A stretch of DNA of 64,000 nucleotides from Mobula hypostoma (lineage: Eukaryota). This document shows positions 1 to 12,719 of this stretch, piece after piece; positions within the stretch are counted from its first letter, which is position 1; every line of letters begins with the position of its first letter. Made by a program: the position numbers and the translations under genes. Below the pieces are notes generated by a model. The model saw only the letters and a list, made by a program, of their open reading frames with translations, had not been told where the DNA came from and searched no databases. The stretch covers positions 227,542,001-227,606,000 of the forward strand of contig NC_086097.1 of assembly GCF_963921235.1 (NCBI RefSeq), given 5' to 3'.

Positions 1-688
1 TCTCGTAATCATGCTCAGTAGTGGGGAGAGCTTTGCCTGTGATGGACTGGGGAAATTAGTCTTCTAACCCTGCTCCAGTAATTAAATTCTTTCAGCTTAA
101 TGCTTTTAATTCTTCCTACTTTTCTTTGCTATTCTTAATTAACAAAACATTTTTAAAATTTGTGTTGTTTTTATCAATCTTCATAGATTTTAATCTTCAA
201 GTCAGAGAAATTAAAAAGCTATGGAATTGCTTGATAGCTATTAAGAGTAAATAAAGTTTCAGGTCCAGCTTTCTACTCCATTAGAGGCTGTCAGGGGTGA
301 CAGGAAACTCAACACAAGGCGATTCCATCTATAGCCTATCGAGCACAAGGGTGTGGAGAGTTAACAACATTCTTGCAGGAAATGCAGCTGACAATTCTGA
401 GTAAGGGGCTGGTGTCAAGCAAAAGCTGGCCTATCTGCATTTTAAAATGTTCAATCTGCATACCAAAGCATCATTAATCTGGTCTATACGATTTTTTTGC
501 ATTCTTGTCTTTTTGTCAAATATTTCACATTTTCTGGAGTGATGTGACCTTTCAAGGACTGTCTTCTGTAGTGTTCAGTCGTCTATTTCTCCTTGGAAAC
601 AATCTTGTACCTCCTATATTTGTAGATGAAGGAGCCTTGATTTCCCCTAAACACAGTTTTTGTGATATATAAACATTAACTTGTATTC

Positions 689-988
689 AAGCAACTCACA
701 CAAAATGCTGGAGGAACTCAGCAGGCCAGGTTGCATCTAAGGAAAAGAGAACAGTGGATGTTTTGGGCCGAGACCCTTGATCAGGACTGGAAAAAAGATG
801 AGGGGTCAGAGTAAGAAATTGGGGGGAGGAGTCTCGGCCCGAAACATCACTGAAATGATGAAGGGTCTCGGCCCGAAATGACGACTGTACTCTTTTCCAT
901 AGATGCTGCCTGGCCAGCTGAGTTCCTCCAGCATTTTGAGTGTGTTGCTTGCATTTCCAGCATCTGCAGAGTTTCTCTTGTTTGTGAT
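689..988. mobile_element. Penelope-like element derived palindrome (inverted pLTR pair) with decayed hammerhead motifs
   Basis: Arms 689-783 and 856-950 are reverse complements (gcaactcacacaaaatgctggaggaactcagc... / ...gctgagttcctccagcattttgagtgtgttgc). The same sequence terminates the RT/GIY-YIG element at 30600-32030. Confidence 0.85.
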
Positions 989-1339
989 TAACTTGTGTTC
1001 TTTTGTCTTGCTGGTTTTTACTGAGAAGTTGAATATTCCAAAATTACTAACTAACACTGCTGATGAAAGGGCCGCTGCATGGAGGAGGATAGATTGGCTT
1101 AGTACAATCAACAGAGTCCTGTATTCAGGCAATGAAGAATATTTAGGAAAATTAAATTTGCCTTTCTAGCTGGTGTTAACTGCAGCCTGAGATAAACAAT
1201 TGATCACAATGTTGCGGTAAGAGTCTCAGTCATTGGTTAGGAACATGCTACCTGCACATCCTGCTTGATTGTAGCACCTCACAAAAGTGAGGGTCATACT
1301 TTTAAAGTACGGATTCTTTATGCATTGTTTTTATGGAAG

Positions 1340-3657
1340 ACTTCCATTGTTTTGATGGGAGTTGTATACAGACCCCCCCAAACAGTAACAAGGATGTTGC
1401 CTACAAATTACAACAGGAGATAGAAAACCACATGGCAAAATGGCAATGTTGCAATAGTCATGGGGGATTTCAATATGCAGCTAGATTGGGAAAATCAGGT
1501 TGGTGCTGGAATACAGGAGAGGGAATTTCTAGGGTGCTACAAGAATGCCTTTTAGAGCATCGCGTGGTTGAGCCCACTAGAGGATCACCTATTCTGGGTT
1601 AGGTGTTGTGCAGTGAACCAGAATTGATTAAAGAGTGTGAAGTAAGAGAATCCTTAGGGTCAAGTGATCATAATATGATCAAATTCACGCTGAAATTTGA
1701 GAAGGAGAAGAGAAAGTCAGATGTATTAGTATTACAGTGGAGTAAAGGGAATTACAGAGGTATGAGAGAGGACTGGTTAGAAATGATTGGAAAAGAACTC
1801 TGGCAGGGATGACAGCAGAGCAGCAATGGTAGGAACTCCTAGAAGCAATTTGGAAGGCACAGGATATATACATCCCAAAGAGGAAGAAGTATCCTAATGG
1901 AAAGATGAAACAACCATAGCTAACAAGGAAAATCAAAGCCAACATAAAAGTCAAAGAGAGAGCATGTAATAAAAGATTAGTGGGAAGTTTAGGGGATTGG
2001 GAAAACCAACAGAAAGCAACTAAAAAAAAGTCATTAAGAAGGTAAAGATGGAATACTAAAGTAAACGAGCCAAAAATATTAAAGACGATACCAGAACTTT
2101 CTTCAGATATATAAACAGTAAAAGAGAGATGAGAGTGGATATTGGACTTCTGGCAAATGATGCTGGAGAGGTAATAATGGGGGACAACAAAATAACGGAC
2201 GAACTGAATAAGTATTTTATATCAGTCTTCACTGTGGTAGATGCTAGCAGTATGGTAGGAGTTCCAGCTGTTAGGGATCATGAAGTGTGTAGAGGGGCAG
2301 GTAGTTTTGAGGAACTAGAGAGGCTACAGAAAGACTTAGACAGATTAGGAGGATGAGCAAAGAAATGGCAGATGAAATACCGTGTTGGGAAATGTATGGT
2401 CATGCACTTTGGTAGAACAAATGAAAGAGTTGACAATTTCTCAATGGAGAGAAAATACAAATTACTGAGACACAAAGGGACTTTGGAATCCTTGTGCAGG
2501 ATTCCCTAAATGTTAAGTTGCAGGTTGAACCTCTGGAGAGGAAGGCAAATGTAATGTTAGCATTCATTTCAAGAGGACTAGAATATAAAAGCAAGGATGT
2601 AAAGTTGAAATTTTATAAATCACTGGTGAGGCCTCATTTGGGGTATGGAGTATTGGGACCAGTTTTGGGCCCTTTATCTTAGAAAGGATGTGCTGAAACT
2701 GGAGAGGGTTCAAAGGAGGTTCATGAAAATTATTCCGGGATTGAATGGCTTGTCATATGAAGAGTGTCTGATGGCTCCAGGCCTGTGTTCATTAGAATTC
2801 AGAAGAATGACGTGTGACCTCATTGAAACCTACCAAATGGTGAAAGGCCTTTATAGAGTAGATGTGGAGAGGCACTCCAACGTGTGGTGAAAACTGCCCA
2901 GCGGATTATTGGCATCCAATTGTCCACCATTGAGAACATCTACCATAAATGCTGCCTGGGCAGGGTGAAAAGCATTATCAGGGATGCATCTCACCCTAAC
3001 CATGGACTTTTTACTCTCCTCCCATCCGGTAGGCGCTACAGGAGCCTCCACTCACGCACCAGCAGGCACAGGAAGAGCTTCTTCCCTGAGGCTGTGACCC
3101 TGCTGAACCTCACATCACAGCGCTAAGCATTATTGCACCCATATTGTACTGTCTCAGTACTTTTATATTTGTGTGCTATAGCACGTAGTTTTTATTCGCA
3201 GTTATTTTGTAAATAACACTATTCTTTGCATTTCTGGTCAGATGCTAACTGCATTTCATAGGCTTTGTATCTGTACTCAGCACAATGACAATAAAGTTGA
3301 ATCTAATCTAATCTAATGTTTCCTATGGTAGGAGAGTGTAAGACCAGAGAACACAGCCTCAGAATAGAGGGGCATCCTTGTAGAATGGAAATGAAGAGGA
3401 ATTTTGTTAGCCAGAAAGTGGTGAATCTGTGGAATTTTTGCCACAGGCAGCTGTGGAGGCCAGGTCTCTCTGCGTATTTAAGGCAGAGGTTGACAGATTC
3501 TTGATTGGTCCAGGCACGAAGGGATACGGGGAGAAGGAAAGAGACTGGGGCTGAGAGGAAAATTGGATGAGCCATGATGCAATGATGGAGCAGACTCGAT
3601 GGCCAAATGGCCTAATTCTGCTCCTATATCTTTATCTTATGGTCTTATGGTCTTATG
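1340..3657 (+). mobile_element. Degenerate CR1-clade LINE (ORF2 fragments, internal deletion near 2290, 3' UTR), split by a Rex1-type insertion
   Basis: Peptides LGSSDHNMIKF (APE endonuclease end), KANVMLAFISRG, LERVQRRF, TREHSLRIEG; ends in a (tcttatgg)n tail. Confidence 0.9.
2873..3315 (+). mobile_element. Rex1/Babar-type LINE 3' fragment inserted in CR1
   Basis: SHPNHGLFTLLPSGRRYRSL C-terminus, AATAAA plus (atcta)n tail. Near-identical to 16551-16997. Interrupts host gtggagagg|atgtttcc. Confidence 0.9.
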
Positions 3658-6600
3658 CAGATGATATTTTGGGAACAGAATGGCGCACATGAGACTGGAC
3701 GAAGTGTAAGTGGGTTCCTGGCTCACTTGGCAAGGTTTCCTCTACATTTGAGAAATCAAATGCAGATTGTGTGATTGCTCTGAATTCCGTCCCAAGAGTG
3801 ACTCTGAACTTCTGGTTATCACTTTTAACTATTTCTCTTTCCAAGGATGAACCTTGGCCTGCTGACTTTTTCCAGCATTTTCCCTTTCTCTTTTGGGTAC
3901 CCTGCACTATTTCATTTTCCTTTCATTCCCGTCTGTAGCTAGTGTGGGCCTAGTTCCCGCCCTTCCAACAACACAGGAACTTCAGAAGCTGACCCCTTCC
4001 ATTTGCAGGACTCTAAGAAGGAATTAATAACAACGTCCTTTCCCTTCAACCTGTAAGTACATGTTTTTCAGGGAGCGCGAAGAGGCACCAACCTCACAGC
4101 TCTGCAGACATTCATCCCTGTTATGCATGGAAAGGTGTGAGGTAAACTCAAACTCTAAGTGTCTTTTAAGAATCAGCTGATGCACGTTTGAATGAACCAG
4201 TTGCATATGTTCTAGCAGCTCTCTGTTTCTCTTCATTTTTCTCTACTCAACATTGGTCAAAGTTGAAAGAAAAAGCATGCACACAGACACTTTACAAATG
4301 ACACATTTTGAAGCCTGCCCAGTTCAAAGGGCTCAGCAGCAAAGCAGGCACATCAGAGCCTGAATGAGAAGTACAGCTGAGTTCACATCCATTCCAAGGT
4401 GCAGCACAACTCCCTTTACCCTTTGTGTGATTTGTCTTCAGGCAGCCTTTCAATTCTCAAAGGAGTGCCTGGCAATTCTCTCTATCAGTGGGTAATTCGG
4501 CAGTGCATCTACCAAGAATGAGTCATTACCTGCCTCCTCATCTTTAAAAACTGTAGTTGGATCTGGACGACATAGGTAGAAAGGGGTAAGAGGTCCTGTG
4601 TAGTGAGTATGGGGAGTTAGGGAAGATGTTGAAGAGCAGGACGTCCAAGGTAGTAACCTTTGGATTATCCCCAGTTGCATGTTCTAGTTAAGGCAGGAAT
4701 ACAATAATAGTATAAATGAATGAGAGGGTGAGGAACTGGTGCAGGGAGCAGGGCTTCAGATTTCTGGATCAATGGGATCTCTTCTGCGGAATGTAAGACC
4801 TGTACAAAAACAACGGATTACATCTGAACCTGAGGAGGACCAATATCCTTGCTTGAGCAGTTGGGGAGGTTTTAAACTAATTGGACAGGGGTATGGGAAC
4901 TGGTGTGATAGGGCCGAGGATGGGGTGGTCGGTATACAAGTAGATGCATTGTGCATTGAGACTCTGAGGGAGGACAGGCAGATGATGGGGCAAAATTGCA
5001 GTCAGCGGGATGGGTTGAAGTGTAACATAGGGGCAACATCGAAAAGGGTGATGAACACATCGCTCTTGTGAATGTTATATGTGAATGCACATAAGGTAGA
5101 TAATCCTTTAGCACAGTTAGAAATTGGCAGGTATGACATTGCAGGCATCACAGAGACATGGCTAAAGGAAGAACATCGTTGAGAGCTTAATATTCAAGGA
5201 TACATATTATATTGAAAGGACAGACAGATAAGTAGAGCTGGTGTGGTGGCTCTGCTGTTAACAAATGAAGTCAAATCCTTAGAAAGTGGTGATATAGGGT
5301 CAAAAGATGTAGAATCCTTGTGGGTAGAGTTCAGGAATTGCAAGGGTAAAAAGGCTGTGATGGGAGTTATATACAGCCTCTGAACAGTAGCCAGGATGTG
5401 GAATATGCATTACAATGGGAGATCGAGAAGGCATGTAAAAAGGGCAATGATAAGGTAGTGATAAGGGATTGCAATGTGCAGGTAGGCTGGAAAAATCAGG
5501 CTGGTTCTAGATCCTAAGAGAAAAAGTTATAGGAAATCTATGAGATGGCTTTTTAGAGTAGGTTGCGGTTGAGCCTACTAGGGAAAAAGACAATTCTGGA
5601 TTGGGTGTTGTCTCGTGAACCAGATTCATTTAGGGAGCTAGAGGTAAAGGAACCATGAGGAGGTCATGATCATAATATGACAGAATTCACTCAGCAGCTC
5701 GAGAAGGAGAAGATAAAGTCAGATGTATCAGTAATACAGTGGAGTAAAGGGAAATGTAGAGACATGAGGGGGGAAGATGGCCAAAGTTGATTGGAAGGGG
5801 ACACAGGGATGACGGCAGAACAGCAACGGCTGGAATTTCTGGGGTGAATTCTGAAGGTGCAGGATTAACACATCCCAAGGTTGAAGTATTCTGAAGACTA
5901 AATGAGGGAACCATGGCTGACGAGGGAAGTCAAAGACAGCATAAAAGCAAAAGAAAGGGCATATAATATAACAACAATTAGAGAGAAGTTAGTGGATTGG
6001 GAATCTTTTAGAACCAACAGAAGGCAACTGAAAAAGCCATAAAGAGAGAAAGATGAAATGTGAAGGTAAGCTAGCCAATAATATAAAGGAGGATACAAAA
6101 TGTTTTCTTAGATATATAAAGAGTAAAAGAGAGGCAAGAGTGGATACTGTTGGACAATAATGTAGGAGAGTTCGTAATTGAAGACAAAGAAATGGCAGAT
6201 GAACTTAATAAGTATTTTGCATCAATCTTCACTGTGGAAGACACTAGCAGTATGCCAGAAATTTGAGCAGAAATGAGTATAGTTGCTATGGTGCTTGGGA
6301 AGCTGAAAAGTGTGAAGGTAGATAACTCACTGGGAGCAAATGCACTAGTGGCTGGGAGGATGTTGGAGTCCATTATTAGGGAAAAGGTTTCCGAGTATTA
6401 GGAGGCACATGATAAAATAGGCCCAACTCAGTATGGCTTCCTTAAGGGGAGATCTTGCCTGACAAATCTGTTGGAAATCTTTGAGTATATAACAGATAAG
6501 ATAGACAAAAGACAGCCAGTGGAGGTTACTTACCTGGAATTTCAGAAGGACTTTGGCAAAATGCTGCACATGAGGCTGCTTAATAAAATAAGGGTGCATC

Positions 6601-6671
6601 TTATTACTGGAAAGATACTAGCATGGATAGAAGATTGTTTGACCGGCAGGAGGCAAATAGTAGAAATAAAG

Positions 6672-7297
6672 GGGAGTTGAGTATAGGAGCAAAGAGGTCC
6701 TTCTGCAGTTATACAGGGCCCTGGTGAGACCACACGTGGAGTATTGTGTACAGTTTTGGTCTCCAAATTTGAGGAAGGACATCCTTGCTATTTGGAAGTG
6801 CAGTGGAGGGTCACGAGGTTAATTCCTGGGATGGTGGGACTGTAATATGTTGAAAGATTGGAGCGACTGGACTTGTATACACTGGAATTTAGAAGGATGA
6901 GAGGGGATCTGATTGAAACATATAAGATTATTAAGGGATTGGGCACGCTAGAGGCAGGAAACATGTTCCCGATGTTGGGGGAGTCCAGAACCAGAGGCCA
7001 CAATTTGAGAATAAGGGGTAGGCCATTTAGAATGGAGTTGAGGAAAAACTTTTTCACCCAGAGAGTTGTGGATCTGTGGAATGCTCTGCCTCAGGAGGTA
7101 GTGGAGGCCAATTCTCTGGATGCTTTCAAGAAAGAGTTAGATAGAGCTCATAATGATAGTGGAGTCAAGGGATATGGGGAGAAGGCAGGAACGAGGTACT
7201 GATTGTGGATGATTGGCCATGATCACAGCAAATGGCGGTGCTGTCTCGAAGGGCCAAATGGCCTACTCCTGCACCTATTGTCTATTGTCTGTTGTCT
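6672..7297 (+). mobile_element. Young 5'-truncated CR1 3' fragment
   Basis: Almost identical to 10724-11345; (ctattgt)n tail. Confidence 0.9.
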
Positions 7298-7606
7298 GAA
7301 GAGGGCCTTTTCTATTTGGCTGCTGGTGACTGCTGTTGTTCCGCAGGGGTCAATGTTGAGTCCGCTTCCTTTCACGTTTTATGTCAATGATTTGGATGAT
7401 GGATGATGGCTTGTAGCCAAGTTTGTGGATGACACAAAGATAGGTGGAGGGGCAGGTTGTGTTGAGGAAGCAGGAAGTCTGCAGAAGAAATTAGACAGAT
7501 TAGCCAGGAGAATGAGCAAAGAAGTGGCAAATGGAATATAGTGTAGGGAAGTGAATGGTCATGTATTTTGGTAGAAGGAACAAATGTGTACTCTATTTAC
7601 TAAATG

Positions 7607-8290
7607 ATGAGGAGGGGATGGATGCTTGGAGTACAGGAGACCCCGGGGGATGTGTCTCTTGAAAACAGGTTCACCCTCTTGGAAGCTGTCAGGACACAAG
7701 ACACTGCCAGTCTGAGAGGCGGACAGGTCTGCGAGTCAAAAATTGGCACTGAAGCAAAGCCGAGGAGACAGACGTCAGGCAGTGCCGTGGTAGTAGGGGA
7801 CTCCATTGTGAGAGGTACAGAAAGAGGTTTCTGCAGCAACAGGCGAGATCTAAGGATGGTGTGTTGCCTCCCTGGTGCCGGGATCAAGGACGTCATGGAC
7901 CGATTGCAGGGCATCCTCAAAGGTGAAGGTGAACAGCCGGAAGTGGAAGTGCATGTTGGCACAAATGACATCGGGAAGAGGAGGAAAGACATTCTGCAGC
8001 GTGACTTCAGAGAACTCGGAAGAAGGCTGAAAAGCAGGACCTCCAGGGTGGTTATCTCCGGTTTGCTTCCAGTTCCTTGTGCTGGTGACGGCAGGAACAC
8101 GGAGATAAGGGATCTGAATGTGTAGCTGAGGAGCTGGTGCGGGAAGCAGGGATTTAGATTCTTAAACCACTGGGATCTGTTTTGGGGCAAGGATGAATTG
8201 TACAAAAGGGACGGGTTGCACCTCAACAGGCGAGGGACCAGCATTCTGGCAGGCAGGTTTGCCACTGCTATACGGGTGTGTTTAAAGTAG
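7607..8290 (+). pseudogene. CR1 ORF1, SGNH/GDSL esterase domain, one in-frame TAG at 8123-8125
   Basis: Blocks VVVGDSIVRG, LPGAG, VHVGTNDI and, after the stop in the same frame, KRDGLHLN. Confidence 0.9.
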
Positions 8291-8429
8291 CGGGGCGGGG
8301 GAGAGGAAATATGAGGATGGAGTTAAAGGGAAAGAGAGAATAAGGAAAGTTAAGAAAGACAACAGAATTAACGGGGCAGAAGGCTCAAGAAGGGATCGGA
8401 GAGTATGGCCAAGTGCAATTGGAATCGAT

Positions 8430-11256
8430 GTGAAAGGTGAGGGGAGTAATGGATTAAAAGTATTATATATGAATGCACGAAGTGTAAGAAATAAAGTGGA
8501 TGAGCTTGAGGCTCAGTTGGAAATTGGTAAGTATGATGTTGTAGGAATAACAGAGACATGGCTGCAGGAGGACCAGGGCTGGGAAATGAATATTCAAGGG
8601 TATACGTCCTATCGAAAGGACAGACAGGTGGGCAGAGGGGGTGGGATGGCCCTGTTGGTGAGGAATGAAATTCAGTCCCTTGCGAGGGGTGACATAGAAT
8701 CAGGAGATGTAGTCAGTATGGATAGAACTGAGAAATTGTAAGGGCAAAAAGACCCTAATGGGAGTTATCTACAGGCTACCAAACAGTAGCCTGGATATAG
8801 GGTGCAAGTTGAATCAAGAGTTAAAATTGGCATGTCGCAAAGGTAATGCTACGGTTGTTATGGGGGATTTTAACATGCAGGTAGACTGGAAGAATCAGGT
8901 TGGTACTGGACCCCAAGAAAGGGAGTTTGTGGAGTGCCTCCGAGATGGATTCTTAGAGCAGCTTGTACTGGAGCCTACCAGAGAGAAGGCAATTCTGGAT
9001 TTAGTGTTGTGTAATGAACCGGATTTGATCAGGGAACTCGAGGTAAAGGAGCCATTAGGAGTTAGACCATAATATGCTAAGTTTCAATCTACAATTTGAG
9101 AGGGAGAACGGAAAATTGGAAGTATCAGTATTGCAGTTGAAGAAAGCGGACTATGGAGCCATGAGGGGGGAGCTGGCCAAAGTTGACTGGAAAGATACCC
9201 TAGCAGGGATGACAGTGGAACAACAATGGCAGGTGTTTCTGGGAATAATACAGAAGATGCAGGAACAGTTCCTTCCAAAGAGGAAGAAAGATTCTAAGGG
9301 GAGTAAGGGGTGACTGTGGCTGACAAGGGAAGTCAAGGACAGTATAAAAATAAAAGAGAAGTGTAACATAGCAAAGATGAGCAGAAAGCCAGAGGACTGG
9401 GAAACTTTTAAAGAGCAACAGAGGATAACTAAGCAGGCAATACAGGGAGAAAAGATGAGATACGAAGGCAAGCTAGCCAAGAATATAAAGGAGGATAGTA
9501 AAATCTTCTTTAGGTATGTGAAGAGGAAAAAATTAGTTAAGACCAAAGTTTGGCCCTTGAAGACAGAAATGAGTGAATTTATTATGGGGAACAAGGAAAT
9601 GGCAGACGAGTTAAACAGGTATTTTGGATCTGTCTTCACTAGGGAAGACACAAATAATCGCCCAGATGTAATAGTGGCCAGAGGACCTAGGGTAACAGAG
9701 GAACTGAAGGAGATTCATATCAGGCAGAAAATGGTGTTGGATAGACTGATGGGACTGAAGGCTGATAAATCCCCAGGGCCTGATGGTCTGCATCCCCAGG
9801 GTATTTAAGGAGGTGGCTCTAGATATCGTGGACGCATTGGTAATTATTTTCCAATGTTCTATAGATTCTGGATCAGTTCCTGAGGACTGGGGGTAGCTAA
9901 TGTTATCCCACTTTTTAAGAAAGGAGGGAGAGAGAAAACAGGGAATTATAGACCAGTTAGCCTGACATCAGTGGTGGGGAAGATGCTGGAGTCGATTATA
10001 AAGGATGAAATAGCGGCACATTTGGATAGCAGTAATAGGATTGGTCTGAGTCAGCATGGATTTACGAAGGGGAAATAATGCTTGACTAATCTACTGGAAT
10101 TTTTTGAGCATGTAACTATGAAAATGGACAAGGGAGAGCCAGTGGATGTAGTGTACCTGGACTTTCAGAAAGCCTTTGATAAGGCCCCACATAGGAGAAT
10201 AGTGGGCAAAATTATAGCACATGGTATTGGGGATAGGGCACTGAAATGGATAGAAAATTGGCTGGCAGACAGGAAACAAAGAGTAGGGATTAACGGGTCC
10301 CTTTCAGAATGGCTGGCGGTGAGTAGTGGGGTACCGCAAGGCTCGGTGCTGGGACCGCAGCTATTTACAATATACATTAATGATTTAGTTGAAAGGATTA
10401 AAAGTAATATTAGCAAATTTGCAGATGACACAAAGCTGGGTGGCAGTGTGAAGTGTGCAGGGGATGTTGAGATAATGCAGGATGACTTGGACAGGTTGGA
10501 TGAGTGGGCAGATGCATGGCAGATGCAGTTTAATGTGGATAAATGTGAGGTTATCCACTTTGGTGGCAAGAACAGGAAGGCAGATTACTATTTGAATGGT
10601 GTCAAGTTAGGAAAAGGGGAAGTAAATGAGATCTCGGTGTCCTTGTTCATCAGTCACTGAAAGTAAGCATCCAGGTACAGCAGGCAGTGAAGAAAGCTAA
10701 TGGCATGTTGGCCTTCATAACAAGGGGAGTTGACTATAGGAGCAAAGAAGTCCTTCTGCAGTTGTACAGGGCCCTGGTGAGACCACACGTGGAGTATTGT
10801 GTACAGTTTTGGTCTCCGAATTTGAGGAAGGACATTCTTGCTATTGAGGGAGTACAGTGGAGGGTCACGAGGTTAATTCCTGGGATGGTGGGACTGTAAT
10901 ATGTTGAAAGATTGGAGCGACTGGACTTGTATACACTGGAATTTAGAAGGATGAAAGGGGATCTGATTGAAACATATAAGATTATTAAGGGATTGGGCAC
11001 GCTGGAGGCTGGAAACATGTTTCCGATGTTGGGGGAATCCAGAACCAGAGGCCACAATTTGAGAATAAAGGGTAGGCCATTTAGAACGGAGTTGAGAAAA
11101 AACTTTTTCACCCAGAGAGTTGTGGATCTATGGAATGCTCTGCCTCAGAAGGTAGTGGAGGCCAATTCTCTGGATGCTTTCAAGAAAGAGTTAGATAGAA
11201 CTCTTAATGATAGTGGAGTAAATGGATATGGGGAGAAGGCAGGAACAGGGTACTGA
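8430..11256 (+). pseudogene. CR1 ORF2 (APE endonuclease + reverse transcriptase), several frameshifts/stops
   Basis: YMNARSV, GITETW, MGDFN, ILDLVL (APE); KSPGPDG, YLDFQKAFD, GVPQGSVLGP, KFADD (RT). Confidence 0.95.
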
Positions 11257-12449
11257 TTGTGGATGGTCAGCCATGATCACAGTGAATGGCGGTGCTGGCT
11301 CGGAGGGCCGAATGGCCTACTCCTGCACCTATTATCTATTGTCTATTATAAATGGGGAGAAAATTCAAAAGTCAGAGGCGCAAAAGGACTTGTGAGTCCT
11401 GTGGTTTTATATGGCATTGGTCAGACCACACTTGGAGTATTGTGAGCAGTTTGGGCGTCTTATCTAAGAAAGGATGTGCTGGCATTTGAGGGGGCTTATG
11501 AGAATAATTCTGGGAATGAAAAGCTTAACATATGAGGAGCATTTGATGGCTCTGGGACTGTACTTGCTGGAGTTTAGAAGAATCAAAACAGTGAAACCTA
11601 TTGAATATTGAAAGGCTTAGACAGAGCGGATATAGAGAGAATATTTTCTATAGTGGGTGAGTCGAGGACCAGAGGCACAGCCTCAGAATAGAAGGACATC
11701 CATTTAGAACAGAGATTAGAATGAATTTCTTTAGCCAGAGGTTAGTGAATCTCTGGAATTCATTGCCACAGACAGCTATGGAGGTCAATCATTTGAAGTA
11801 TTTAAAACAGAGGTTGATAGGTTCTTAATTAGTAAGAGTGTCAAGGGTTACAGGCAGAAGGTAGAGGAATAGAGCTGAGAGAGATAATAAATCAGCAAAG
11901 ATGGAATGACGGAGCAGACTCAATGGGCTGAATGGCCTAATTCTCGTCCTATGTCTTATGGTTTTATGGTCTTATTTATATTCAACAAAGAAAACACGCT
12001 ATAATTTAATAATGCAGGATAGATACTGACAATATCTATATTTAAGTAATCTCATGTAGGACTGAAGTGAATCCTGAATAAATTTACATGTTTTACTATT
12101 AAACATACTAACAAATAATGCATTGGCATCATATACTTTTATTGGTCATGTTAGAAGTATCTACTTATACAAGGCAATATAAATAATGGACAAAAGTTAA
12201 TAGCCACTAAATTACACAAACTCCAAAGAAATTTCTATTAAGAAAAATCTTTCGGGACATCAGAATATTTTTAATTTTTGAAGGAAAGGGTATGTAATTC
12301 ATGCCAAAGGAACTAATCAGCTATATATGGACAATTCAGTAATTTATTGTAGTTTTATGCATAATTAATACATCCTCTGTTTTCATAATTAGTAAGTGAA
12401 GAGCAATGATTATTAAAATAAAATCCGATAGGTTTGCAAGATGTTTCTA

Positions 12450-12617
12450 TAAGACTATAAGATATAGGAGCAGAATTAGGCCATTTGGCCCATAGAGTCT
12501 GCGCCGCCATTTCATCATGGCTGATGCATTTTCCTCTCAGCCCCAATCTTCAGCCTTCTCCCAATATCTCTTCATGCCCTGACCAATTAAGAATCAATCA
12601 ACCTCTGCCTTAAATAT
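12450..12617 (-). mobile_element. CR1 3' end fragment
   Basis: Reverse complement of the CR1 3' UTR and tail seen at 3470-3657. Confidence 0.85.
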
Positions 12618-12719
12618 ATGCTTTGTGCCAAAGTCGAAAATTCCTAACATAGCTTTGTTGCTCCTAGGTAGACGAAGCTTAAGGATAAACCTTCAACTTT
12701 GATATCCGATACATACGAA

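Larger units (their letters stand above)
7607..11348 (+). mobile_element. Near-full-length (5'-truncated) young CR1 LINE
   Basis: ORF1 esterase, ORF2 APE + RT, 3' UTR and (ctattgt)n-like tail. Flanked by TAAATG at 7601-7606 and 11349-11354 (TSD). Confidence 0.95.
4568..11975 (+). mobile_element. Old CR1 LINE (ORF1 remnant, ORF2, 3' UTR) acting as host for two younger CR1 insertions; host pieces about 4568-6671, 7298-7606, 11349-11975
   Basis: Collinear decayed ORF1/EN/RT similarity to 7607-11348. Host sequence resumes after each insert. Ends in a (tcttatgg)n-type tail. Confidence 0.85.

Noticed and set aside
285..400. Possible 116-nt exon (ccattag ... GA/gtaagg) with one open frame
   Set aside because: Peptide not recognised; an open 38-codon frame is common by chance; no compatible partner exon found.
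4009..4052. Possible 44-nt micro-exon (ccatttgcag ... /gtaagt)
   Set aside because: Splice-like signals only; joining it to the 285-400 candidate gives an early stop; no homology recognised.
7600..8265. 221-aa minus-strand ORF
   Set aside because: Exact antisense shadow of CR1 ORF1; no independent motif.
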